A stretch of 63,187 nucleotides of DNA, the filler included, from Choristocarpus tenellus KU-1152 (Eukaryota; Protista; Phaeophyceae), in assembly GCA_964200185.2 (NCBI GenBank). It is 11 parts of 11 records of this genome, joined end to end, with 100 filler letters (N's around TTAATTAATTAA, not from the genome) between each part and the next. Parts side by side here need not be neighbours in the genome. Positions count along the whole stretch, not along the records: positions 23,831 to 30,103 come from CAXNAD020008512.1; positions 30,204 to 36,406 come from CAXNAD020008693.1; 9 more parts are not named here. One strand, given 5' to 3'. Of the stretch, positions 24,001 through 36,506 are shown in pieces. The number at the start of each line of letters is the position of its first letter. Positions within the stretch are counted from its first letter, which is position 1. A program made the translations under genes and the position numbers. The notes beneath the pieces were generated by a model, which saw nothing but the letters and a program-made list of their open reading frames with translations, did no database searches and was not told the DNA's origin.

Positions 24001-27000
24001 TGAATTTATTCGTCCATATGGTACGGTAAAATATTTGAGCAGTTCGGTACGGTATTTATGTGTTACAATAACTCTTGTTTTTACGTACACTAAGGCCGAG
24101 GTTCGACTTTCGTTACGTTTTTGTTTTCAGGATTTTTTTCATGGAATGGTATGGTAGAGATTTCCGTTATTTTTTTTGCCCAGCAAAAATACTGTCGTTT
24201 TGGAATTACCATAGCACGGCACAATAGGGTTTACAATTGAATGTTATTGACAGTATATGGTGCAGTAATTCTGGAACTCACAATTGTTGGATGCAGTAGT
24301 GATTACCTTCGTCAGAATCCTACAGTCCAAAACCATAATCATTACCTTGACAGTCGTCACCGTGACAAGGTTACCCTTTCAAGGTGATGTACCCAATACC
24401 ATTGATGGAACGTGTCCAACCATTTCTAATTTATTTTAATCTAAAATTAAATTCACTGTCGAGAGGAAGGGTCTATTCAGTCGTACTAGCTAGTGAATTC
24501 AACTATCAACTGGTGGTCCCAATGCACCTGGCGTGTCAAAGAAAAAAACTTCGGGCGTGGCGTTGAGATACGCAGTTACCTGAGGGACGCATATGGACAA
24601 AATAGTGAAGGAACAAGTCATTCAGGGTTTGTTCATTCACCTCATGCTCGTTTGCTGGGGTACCGTTTTCTTCTTAGTCGTGACTAACAAACAAATTCTG
24701 GATCGACCTTGTGAGAACATCCAGATGAGGTCTGGTACAGCGACACATTACCTACCATCCTTGTCAGATTAAAATAATTTAATCGTAGTCAGGTCCTTAA
24801 GTGATGGAGTGTTTAGTCAGGTCCTTAAGTGATGGAGTGTTAAGGATTTAAGGGTGGTTAGTTATTCGACCATTGATTGAACTTATCTGTCCATGACTTG
24901 GAATCTGGTCCGAGGATGGCTGTAGTACTGAGACCACTTGTGCATGGTCATGGAGTCTGTTGGAGGTGAAATTCATGAGGACTTTCTCCACTGCGTCCTT
25001 CCCGAGGGCCTTCCTTGGTTTTGGCTCTTCAGAGTCAAAGCTTTCCTCCAGGACTGCAAACTGATTGCCAGATGGGGGTGCCATACTGCCGGGGGGACCT
25101 GTTGCTGGGTTGAACCCCCACCGCCCCATCTTATTCAAGCAAGCCTCCTAGGACGCCCAACCAAACTAGATGATGGAATATCGTTGCTTCTCCCTCATGT
25201 CTAGCTCGGAATAGTCTTTGTCTCGCTTGGGTCAGTGATCTTCCCTCTACCCTTCTCGTTGTTGTCTCTCTTCTTCCTGTCTTTGGTGACTTCTTTTACT
25301 GGTACATCCATCCTTTAGACTGTTGGCATGAGTACCAGTGTTGTGAGGTAGGGTCCAATCAGTCGTGGGGGGTGTTCAGAATCACCAGTTATGCCAGGTG
25401 GGGTTGGTTCCAGCAAAACCACAAGTACTCACAACCATCAAATCTTGGGATGAAGTTTGAATTGAAGCTTGGATCCGATGAGTGACGTTACATAGGGGGT
25501 CCACTACTTTTTGACGCTAATGTGAAAATCAATAAAGATCACCAGTAACAAAGAAAAGTAGAAATGTGGGAACAAGAAACTTACGTGTGGGGGGAAAATG
25601 TATTTGAATCCCAAACGAACTCTCTCACAACCTCTAATATGTTTTTTTTCTTCTTTTTCTATCGCATATTTCTTTTAGTCTTCTTTTTCCTGGAAACTGT
25701 TGCCCTCTTATTTTGTCACATCCACTACTTATGACTTAGACCATTTCTTTTACAGGACCGACCAATGTTGGCGTAGTTTTTATTCAATCTTATTTTATGA
25801 ATTAAAATACACTATCAATGGGATAAGATCACACTATGGTGATAGCGACCAAATTACACTATCGCGCAATCTTTGTTGTGATCGATATTCTTCCAAAACA
25901 AAAAATATTTTACTTTCAAATCCATGATCCTTCTAATATAGATGAAGCCACTTGCTATATATATGATCAACACAGACATTTTTTCACAGAAAATCCAAGT
26001 ACAACTATACTTTCAACTGGATTTCTCTAAGAATACTCCCAAACAACCAGCCTATAACATGAGAAGACATACCGTCACAATCCTCCTCATTAAGGCGTCG
26101 CTTTGAGAGTTGCTATCCCATTCCCTCTTTCGTGGGTATACACTGACGACAGAGGGCGAACTGGTACTGTGTCAGGAACCACCTTGTCTAGCGACTTGAG
26201 GTCTTGTTGTGTTGTGAGGATTTAGATTCTCGTGCAAAGTCAATCGAGGGTGGCACTCTAGCTTCACGCCTTAGTAGACAGCATGCAAAGCTTTGTTGGC
26301 TTGATAAGGGGGAAAAAGGTCAGTGGCACGAAGTTGAGCGCATTGTCAAACGCCACTTCTTCCTGGATAATAATAGGACAGCTTCATATGAGCAATTACA
26401 CGGTTGTAACTTGAAGGACACTCACTTTCCTCTTTCTAACGCGCACTATCGTGACTAGTCGTGTTCGGATTGTAACATGAGTCCTGGGGTGCAGGTCCCT
26501 AAACTTCCACCCTCATGCCCATTTCCGTTCTCTCGTTGTTGTTGACTTGAGATGAACTCGCACTGTGCTTGTCCGTGACGAGGGTTGGGATATTGTGGAT
26601 GACATAAGCTGTTACTTTAGACAGTGGTGTGGACGTGACTGTGATTCTGAAATGGAGCTTGCTAGGACGATATTTGGGGTTTTGCTTATGCTCAATGGTC
26701 AAGTGACGTTAACACCTCAAGATCCCTCAGCCCTGAAATATGTCGATGTGTGTATGCCTTCCCCGCTAAAATGAATGACCCTAGAAGGCGCACCTCTTCA
26801 CCCTTGCCCCACCGTCCTCCACCCTTCTCCACCTCCCCAGATACCTCGCGCCGGTCCTACTTCAGAGGCGAAGGGTACTCGCACACCCCCCTTCCAGGGT
26901 GGTACTGCAGGTATCCCCAACACAACTGGAGGCAATGATAGAAGTAGATCGAACGAGGGCCTAGAGTCCTTACTACTGGGTGACCTACCAGAAGCAGCAA

Positions 27001-27801
27001 TCAACGGGGGAGCGTTCGGGGGTAGCAGGTCTGGGGGCGATGCGATCGGTGTCGGTAAACAATATGCAGTGAAGCCAGGCCTGACACCAATCGAGGACCT
27101 TCTGTTCCAATCTGATGAAATCCCAGCCACCCTCCACGATGAGACAAACATAAGCAGGAAGGTGGTAGTGGGTGCTATTAAAGGTAGTGCAGGCTGGGAA
27201 GACGACATGGCGAAGCCTTCGCAGGTGGTGAACTAATTCGTGTGGGCTTAGGCTGATGGTTTGGTGTCGGGTCAGAACTGGGGCTGGAGTTGATTTACCT
27301 ACTTGTACTTAGTCAAATAGATCCAGTAGGTTGTGATGATCTTGCCACCGATGATAGGCCTGAATATGAAATTTATACGGAAGGAAGGTAGGGTTGGCGT
27401 TACTTTGGTATGGGGCAGAAACCAAGGAGTGTTATATAGGATATAAGAGTAGGGCTAGGCTTATGGTGTGAGTTTGAGAGAAATTTGTATTAGCTCTCCC
27501 TTACAGTAGTACCTTCAATACCTTTTTTTACAACTATCCTACATTTCCTGAGATTTCCCATGTGAGATTAGGAATCTCTACCAAGTTGCTACAGGGATTT
27601 CACACAAGAGGCCGAAGGTGGTGCATTCAGCCTTTCATATTCCACTTCATCTGATCCTCCATCTCTTTTGCTCTAACCCTAACCACTTCAGTACCAACAT
27701 CTTCCCTACGACCTTGATAATTTGTGGTATGGATCACCTTGGAGGGCTTGTTTTTATGTGTGTACGTGTATTTATTTTACTTCCCTTTTGTTATCCCAAA
27801 G

Positions 27802-28933
27802 GTGGTCAGGGGTCGTACTGACCTCAACAACAAACTCAGGGGTGGTCTCCCTCGACAAGCGTATCAGCAAAATATGGCATCTCCAGTGGTCCCCCCCCAT
27901 AGGCCGCATTCGCAGGTACAGAAGGAGGGTTTGGGGTGTATGAATAGAGCCAGCTCAAGAAATATGTATCTGTACTCAATTAAAATCTAAAGGAAACGTC
28001 CGAGGGGTGCTGAGCATTGCCCAAAGGAAAAAAAGTTGAAATAAAGAAAAGTAAGATTTCATTTTTTTTTTTGTTAGTCTTTATAACTGCCACGATTTGC
28101 AAGATCATTTTCTGATCTTGACATTTGTCAACAAGGTGGGCAATCAATATATGTACAAGAATTCATACACGAGGAATAGAGCCAGCAAGATAAAATTATG
28201 TATTTTTATTACTGGGTCAAATGTTTTTTTTTTGTGACAAAAATTCTTGTTGCGGTTAGGACTGAGGAGTACATGCTTGGTCTCAATATTTTGGTGTGTT
28301 GACTATATATTTTTTTAATATAAATGTAAGAGTATTTTATTTTTTAATGTGCTGTATGCGACCAAGATATTTTGTTTTTATTTTTTAATAAGACAACAGC
28401 ACTAGAGATGGTATTATGTAAGTATTAGTTCTATGTATGCAGAACTGAGGGGAGAAAGTTTTCTTTTAAAAGTTTTGATAATAATGATGATTCTCGAGTG
28501 GATCTGTTGTTGAGGAAATTATTATTTTTTAGAATAGTAATAGTAATAATAATACTCAAGTAGATTTTTTGCTGGGGAAATTAATAATAATAATAATAAT
28601 AATAATAATGCTCGAGTAGATTTGTTGATGGGGAATGTTTTGAAAAATATATACTAATAATACTCAAGTAGATTGTTGACAAGGTCAGGTTCTAGTTTTG
28701 TGACATGTGATGTATGTTGGGTACAAACTATTCAGTAGGTGCAGTACAGTCCTTCACAGACACCCGAGCAAATGGTCATCCATCCATCCACCCATCCATT
28801 CATGTGTGTGTATCATCCCTAACCCTTAACTCGGTCGCGGTCCCTTTTCCCCTCTCAATGCTGTTATCTGAAAAATAAAATAATGAAAGATTCAGTGAGT
28901 ATAAATAGAGGTATCAATGTAGAGGAAGCAAAA

Positions 28934-28968
<35 letters not shown>

Positions 28969-29683
28969 GTAGTATTATTACAAGCAAACCAAAAGTTTAT
29001 ATGCATAATGAAACAGTTGATTTGTTTTGAAAGGTATCCATTACAATTTTGATTATTTTTTGTTGAATTGTTTGCTATAGCGGTTAATCACTGACTTTAT
29101 ATTTTTTAATTCTTTTAATTCACTTTATTTGAATCGTCGCGATTCAGAACACTACTCCACTTCCCTCTTTTGGTTATATTTTTATTAGAAATACACGCCT
29201 GCTTTTGTATGATTAGGGTTAGGGTTACCTTGAGTTATCCGTCTGTGCGCCTACGTGTCTGCTGTGTGTGCACGGAATGGTTCCCTCAGTATCGACACCA
29301 ATTCCTCCTCTGTTGTTCAAAAAAGGTACACCTTGCAGCACTATGTACAAGTCGCTCGACTGTAGTTATCTATCAATACATTCACTTATCCATATTTCCA
29401 TCCATCCATCCATCCATCCATCCATCCATCCATTCGTTCACGCATACATCCACCGCGTCCTGACCCTAACCCTAACCCTAACCCTAACCCTGTATCAATC
29501 CCTCCCATTTCATTTAAAAAAAACAACAATAATACCCCTTCTGGTTCGTGTACCCGATCGATAGAACTCTGGCGACCTCAGGCGCAAGTCTCAGGAGAGG
29601 TCTTTCTTCTGGGGTCAGGATGGACAGCGGCGAATGGGGAACTACAAGATACTTCGACACCTTGGGGAGGGATACAGCTCAAA
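27802..29683 (+). CDS. Protein kinase, N-terminal exons only (27802-27915 with candidate ATG at 27874; 29565-29683)
   Basis: Spliced MASPVVPPHRPHSQ|NSGDLRRKSQERSFFWGQDGQRRMGNYKILRHLGEGYSSK|gt. YxILRxLGEGxxxK is the kinase subdomain-I Gly-rich loop. The remainder lies beyond the contig end. Confidence 0.72.
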
Positions 29684-29801
29684 GTGAGACGGAATGAAGA
29701 AAAAAAAAAATGAGTATAAAAAATAATAAAATAAAAAAAGAAGAGAGGAGAAAAACTCTTACGGGAGAGGGACGTTTTTTTAATATTATTTTTTTTACAA
29801 C

Positions 29802-30103
29802 GGTGGTGGTGGTGTAGTGCTGGTGTAGTAGTGCTGGTGGTGGTGATGGTGGTGGTGATGGTGGTGATGGTGGTAGTGATGGTGGTGATGATGGTGGTGA
29901 TGGTGGTGGTGATGGTGGTGATGGTGGTGGTGATGATGGTGGTGATGGTGGTGATGATGGTGGTGATGGTGGTGATGATGGTGGTGATGGTGGTGATGAT
30001 GGTGGTGATGGTGGTGGTGATGGTGGTGATGGTGGTGGTGTAGTGCTGGTGGTTGGGCTGGTGGTGGTGATGATGGTGGTGATGGTGGTGGTGATGGTGG
30101 TGA
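29802..30103. repeat. Degenerate (GGT/GAT)n trinucleotide microsatellite
   Basis: About 300 bp of ggtgat/ggtggt units running into the linker. Confidence 0.95.
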
Positions 30104-32200
30104 NNNNNNNNNNNNNNNNNNNNNNNNNNNNNNNNNNNNNNNNNNNNTTAATTAATTAANNNNNNNNNNNNNNNNNNNNNNNNNNNNNNNNNNNNNNNNN
30201 NNNTTTTTGGGTGATTGGGTTGCATATGTCGGATGGATAATGTAAGTGCACTTTTCCTGGTTTTGACCCAAATGGACACCCTGGTGTACACCCCCCCCCC
30301 GCCTCCAGATATTTTGGCTCACTAAAATGTACATAATACATGTATGTGTCGTTATGGGGGTCTGTGTTTCACTGTGCAAGCTTGACCTTGGAGGTGGGAA
30401 CCAGGAGATTCAAAATTCAAAATAAGAAAGGAGGAATCACAGGCCAGGGCTCTGTCAGAAAATCATACTTTGGGTCAAGCATTCCCTCCATAATGTTATT
30501 TTTTTTGTTGGACTACACAACAGGGTGAAGTTAGGGTTAGAAGAGAAGGAACATTTTTTTCGGTCATCCATAACTTCGTAATGCGTATTGTCCAGCAAAA
30601 GAATGTTTGACTAGAGTTAGCTTACAAGAAAATGCAGTAATGGCTCTAGAGACATATAATTACAACATCCGATGGTGTTCATGTAGGGGTAGCTACTATG
30701 AAGAATAATACGGCCATACTATGTTTGTCGTTATTCACTCTTGTTGTGTTTCGACTTTTTCCTTACGTGAATGAATGGAGGGGCGGCATTGACTCTTTTC
30801 CCTGGTATTGATTGGTGTCAGTTCATTCTCTACTATTTACTACATGATAGTTGTAACATTATTAACAATAATAAAACAGTACCACTACTATTGATGAATA
30901 GAAGTACACAAAAATAAAATAGCATAGTAGTATTTTACTATTTTGCCCTGTGACATTATCCAGATGTGGCAATAGTAGTATCGTTTTAGTACACGACTGT
31001 CTAGTGAATGAAGAAAGCAATAATTTCGTTGTTGTCGAGTTTTATTTCCCTTTCCCTTTCATGTTATTCCTTATTTCTTTTTGTCCATACACTGTAATCT
31101 TTGTGATTATTCGTCTCAATGGTTAGAACATTTTTTATTTTCTACCCAATCAATGAACTCATGTCTTTGCCTTTTTTTTAGTCTTCCATCACAAACTTCA
31201 GGTCTGACATCTATTCAGGTCTGATATCTATTCAGGTCTGACATGACGACTTGCTGCTATTATATAGGTTTCTGCTCTGAGGATCTTGTATTTTGTTCAT
31301 TTTCTCCATCATCATGGTAAACACTTTCCCCCCATAATGTTTTCGGGCATCGTTGTTGCATCCTTAATCCATAATGTCAAATAGTTTTTTGACCCGAAAT
31401 AATTTACGAATGACTGCGAATAAATAAATCGGGACACAAACACAGGTAAGTCATAGAGTGGTGCATGGTGCAGGGAGCCCAAAACTCCAAACTCTCCTCA
31501 ACATGTCGTAACAAACATCAGAACCCATGAACAACAACCAAAATGTCTGTGGGTATTAACAGGTTGTGATGAATATACTACTACTATTACTACTGCTATA
31601 AATATATTTTTCGTGATTCTGAAAGTTCATCGTCAAAGTTGTAGTTATAGATGTATTTTGATAATAACCCCTCCCCAACTGAATAACCGAACTCTTTCAG
31701 TTCAGTTTTCTAGTTATTCCGATTAATCGAACTTAAGCCGATTGAATTGTTGCGATTCACAATACAATTGATATGTATTTTACTATTAGATATATATATA
31801 TATAATTATTTTTTTACTCTTTTTTCCAAATGTGCTGTGTGTGTTCGTCATGTTGCGATAATATCGCTAGAATCGAGTAGAGAGAATATATCAAGAATAA
31901 CTCTATCAATAACAATATATATATGTCAATGAATACCATTGAAATATCGCGATCATTGCGAATTTATCAATATGGACCGTTCGCCGCCTGTGAAGGTTGT
32001 GAAGGTGGCTAAATTGAAGAACAACCACTTGGCAACCTGTGAACCCATCTTCATCCTCTGACACAGTTGAGGTTTAGGTAGTTGAGGTTGAGGTGTGAAA
32101 GTTCCCACCAGCTCTCTCGCTTGTCAGTATCAAAACCACACCACCCAAATCTTGGTAATCACACTTAAGGCTGCGAGGATACTCAACTAACTCCAAGAGG

Positions 32201-35200
32201 ATGAAAATCTTGAGGGTTGCAGTATTGGTTGGGACCCTGATTGGCTCGGTCGCGATTGCAGTGCCTGCAGCGGAAGTTGACATCGTCTCAGAAGTCGACC
32301 TGCCTAAGTATATCGGGAGGTGGTACCAGGTGAAGTATTCAATCATTGTGATCTGTGAGATATTGCAACAGTTACCCCAACCAGCCCATTGGACAGGTTG
32401 GCAATAGTAGGCGAGGTCTGAGTCATATCTTAATTTTGTGACCCCTTTTCCCACAGGCTTACGGAAATGCTTTCACCTTGGATACTGTTACGCCCGGTGC
32501 CACCTGTATCACTGCGGACTACACGCTGGTGGGTGAATACGCGTTGAAAGAGAGAAGAGTGTGCTAGTCTATGGAAACTGGTCACCAATTCCATCAATAT
32601 CCTCCCTCTTTGAGTATTTTTATATTCAAGACACAATGCTAGTTAAATGCACCCCTCTTGAATATCTTGTCTCTTGTCTTGTTCTTTGTGGGTGTGCACT
32701 CTCCGTTTTGTCTTACCCAGGATGAAGCGGCGAGCAGAATCTTGGTGACCAACGCCGATCGATTTCTTAGTCCAACTGGTGACCTCAATACTATCACAGG
32801 GTATGTCCTTCACACTGATTACCTAGCGTGCATACCACTCCCCACTCAAAAGTGTAGCCTGCTGCTAGTACCTGTGTGATTCTCCATAATCTGATTCCAC
32901 ATCCAAACCAAGTCCCTCACTGGCTTCACGGGCAACCCAATTCACCAAATGCTAACCCGATGGAACAAAAACATCTAACACGCTCGAAAAATGGTTTGGA
33001 TCACCGCACACTTTATCACTGTGTGATTTTCTATTTCCCGATGTATCTCATTGATACTTTTCTAGATAGAATTGCACGGGTTAGAGTTTTCGGGTACCAT
33101 ACGTTTGTTTCCACACCTGTAGGATTGTTCCGCCTTTAACCGCTTTTCCTATCTTGAATCCACCCCCCTAGCTCGCTGCACCTTCTTATGTGGTCTAATT
33201 CCTTGCCTCCAATGGAAAACAGTTATGCTTATGTGGTTGACGAATCCGAACCTGGAAAGCTGAAAGTGCACTTAGGTAATGTGCCGGTTGATGGAGACTA
33301 CTGGATTGCTGCCCTCGGCCCCAAGACCTTTGGTGATGACGGTGCTTACGAGTGGTCTATTGTCACTGGAAGGTGAGATTGCGTGCCGTGATTTCTTACC
33401 TTTGTGTAGGGTTATGGTAGATGCAATATTTGAATGTGTCTTTTTTGGAATGTTGAAGTTCTAGTGAAGAACATTAATATTTTGTACCACCGAAGAACTA
33501 GGATGCCAAAAAATTTGACTTGACAAAGAGGAAACACCCACTAGTTCATTGAATGATCACCTCATCCATCGAATATTCACCTCGTCATTTTTGCCTAATG
33601 ATCACCTTTTGCCATTTGTCACAATTGCTTCCCGTTGATCCCAACTGCCAACCCTAACCCTAACCCGACCCCCAACTCAATTTTCTGTCACAAGACGTTG
33701 ACATACTTTTCTCAGTGAACATTAACATACTTTTCCCAATGCATGGAAAAAAAAAAACTTGTACTGCGTACAGCCGGGGATTGCTACTCTTTGTTCTATG
33801 CAGGGATATGAAGACATTTGAAGAACTCTATGAGAAGGATGTACTGGCCATTGTGAAGGACCTAGGTTTCACTGGGCCTGTTACGAAGCCGGTCAAGGTT
33901 GTCCAAGAAGGGTGCTTGCCCTTCACGCCGGTAAATGCAATATTATTTTTTATAGTTGTTGTCCAACTTAAAAAACAAACTGGTCAGGGCTAGGGTTAGG
34001 GCATCATGGTCATGAGTTTTCGACATCTTCAGTGCATTCATTGTGCCTAGGGTTAGGCACAGTCTTAATTTATTTTTTGTTGCAGGTTTTTCCCGATGTC
34101 ATCATGCTCTTTAGGGTTAGGGTTAGGGTTATCATTATCTTTCACTTTCGACTGTACATGCCAGGAGTACCTCGGAGGTTGATACTCTCTATTAATTGGA
34201 GTACAGTAGTAAAAAATATTAAAAAAAAATATTTTTGGTTACGATGATACCTCATGTTTAGGGCAGTGAAATTCCCATGCCCATTGTCAAGTATGACCCA
34301 ATGGCACCCTCAAATCCCTTGCATTTGTTATATTGCATGTATTGCAGACAACTGTGGACACATTTGAAGGAGATGTGCAGGATGTGATTGCTGACTTTGG
34401 TGAGTCAGTTGTGACCCCACCTTCCACTGTGAACAGCCTCGACCTGTCTCGCTACGAGGGACGCTGGTACCAGGTGATTTGATTGGCTTACACATTGTGA
34501 TTTGATTGGCTTACACGTTTTTCTTGTGTTGAACTTTTTTTTTTTAGGCATTTTGTTTTGTGTTAGGGTTAGGGCTGGGGGGATTAGGTGTTTCTCAGGG
34601 AATTGGATATTGTGGGGAATTGAATGGCACTTGACAGTTTTTGATGATTGTAGTCTGTGATGTGAGGGGGAGCACACTCCTCTACTTGTGATCTGAATGA
34701 GTATTTGGTGATGTTTTTTTTTTGTTGCTTTTGATTTGGTTTTGACTTGTTTTTATGTTGGTATTGATAATGCTATTGGTAATGGTATTAATGTTGCTTT
34801 AATATGTTGGTACAGCCGGCCTTACTCAATGCTTGAAGGGGAGGGTGAAGGGCACCTCAAAAATGAAGTATGAAATTACATTCTATTGCTGAGTCAGGTC
34901 AACCCCAACCCCAACCCTAACCCTAACCCTATAGAGTTTGTCTTTCCGTAACCATAAATAACCCTAACCCTAACACTGTAATTTAACTGACCTGTACCAT
35001 CAACATTGCCATCATTTTACAATACATCAAGGCATATGGGTCACTGTCAACTAATGTTCTGGAGAGTGGTGGTGCTTGCGTGACTGCAGACTACAAGATC
35101 AACAAAGATGGTACCGTTGGCGTGACTAACTCTGCCAGGTAGTAACTACTTTTGATGAATTAGAGTTGGGTTCGGTTCGGGAATAAGGGAATGAAGTGCA

Positions 35201-35841
35201 TACACTAGATATGCTATTAACAACACATCTAAACCTCATTTTTTAAAATTTATTGCTTTTTGCACAGAGAGTCTTGTTGGGACCCATATCCGTGTATCTG
35301 ATGCGATATTGTCAGTGTACACCATATATTTATATTTATATTTATATTTATATTTATATATTTTTAGTCTTAGCTTTCAGCTGCCTTTAAGAGTATACAT
35401 ACCACCCTACCACTTAGACGTTTCACGTCTTTAAGAATATTCCTACCCTTTTTTTTTTTAACATTGTCCTCATTGTCCTCACCCTGTTACATTTCAGGCA
35501 AGTGTTCTACTGTCTATTGTATCATCTGTCCTATTACAATGCAATGATTATATTTGCAAACCCTGCAATGTCATATCATGTCATGCCATGTCATGCCATG
35601 TCATACCATTTCATTTACCCCTCCCCCTTAACTCTTAGCCCTAACCAATCATCTGAATTCATCCCCTTGTTGTCTCCTTGTTATTTGAGTCAGGTCAAAT
35701 GGTCCTGATGGGGAGGCTACAGTGATTACTGGCTCTGCAAAGGTGGTGGATGTATCCGAGCCTGGCAAGCTGAGTGTTCACCTTGGGGACATGCCCTTTG
35801 ATGCACCTTACTGGGTACTGGCTATTGGGGATAGTAGCAAG
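32201..35841 (+). CDS. Secreted tandem (at least two-domain) lipocalin, ApoD/Blc-like, 3'-partial; exons 32201-32329, 32457-32528, 32721-32800, 33223-33372, 33774-33930, 34348-34473, 35032-35138, 35694-35841
   Basis: Hydrophobic signal peptide. Domain 1: VDLPKYIGRWYQ...CITADY...EPGKLKV...YWIAALG...LFVLCR. Domain 2: LDLSRYEGRWYQ...CVTADY...EPGKLSV...YWVLAIG. All seven introns are GT-AG and phase-compatible. Confidence 0.93.
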
Positions 35842-36506
35842 GTGAGGTCATATATGATCATGTTCATAATGATGTCTCAGGCCATCAGGTGTGAATGAGG
35901 TGATGGTATGTCAAGAAGCACATATTTGTTTTACGACAGAGGTGATATGGTAGATTTTGATACTGCGAGGTATATAACAATGACAATGGGAGGAGACTTT
36001 AACAGAGAGAGCACGTATGTGATCACTTTGAAATTGCTTGGTTAATCATACTGTTGACTGCTTTGCTTTGCTTTGAATGTTAATGTTAATGTAGGAGAGG
36101 CGATAGAAATATCTCGCCTTAATGTGAATGTTAATCATACTGTTGTCATGGTGTAGTGACTGTTGTAGTTGCTAAGAAATACCTAGGAATACCTAATAAT
36201 ACCTAATAATACACTGGTGGTACTGTAAGTTATGTGATGTGAGATCATGCACTACCATTTTAATATTATTATTTATACTAAAATAAATGTTAATAGCAAT
36301 ATAATGCTACAAATTCTACTATTAATGCTAATTCTAATTTTGTAATATTAATATTGACATTAATGTAATGATCAGTTCTAATTTTTCTACTCTATTCCCC
36401 CCCCCCNNNNNNNNNNNNNNNNNNNNNNNNNNNNNNNNNNNNNNNNNNNNTTAATTAATTAANNNNNNNNNNNNNNNNNNNNNNNNNNNNNNNNNNNNNN
36501 NNNNNN

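Noticed and set aside
24848-27236. Host genes in ORFs 24848-25138 and 26775-27236 (similarly 19871-20346)
   Set aside because: No splice-consistent structure or recognisable domain. An NQFAVL motif hints at retroelement ORF1/gag decay but is too weak to annotate.
29463-29491. True telomere or chromosome end
   Set aside because: Only 2-5 hexamer units, internal to introns and in both orientations. Treated as interstitial repeats (see finding).
29831-30043. Val/Met-repeat ORF
   Set aside because: Translation of the (GGT/GAT)n microsatellite inside the kinase intron.
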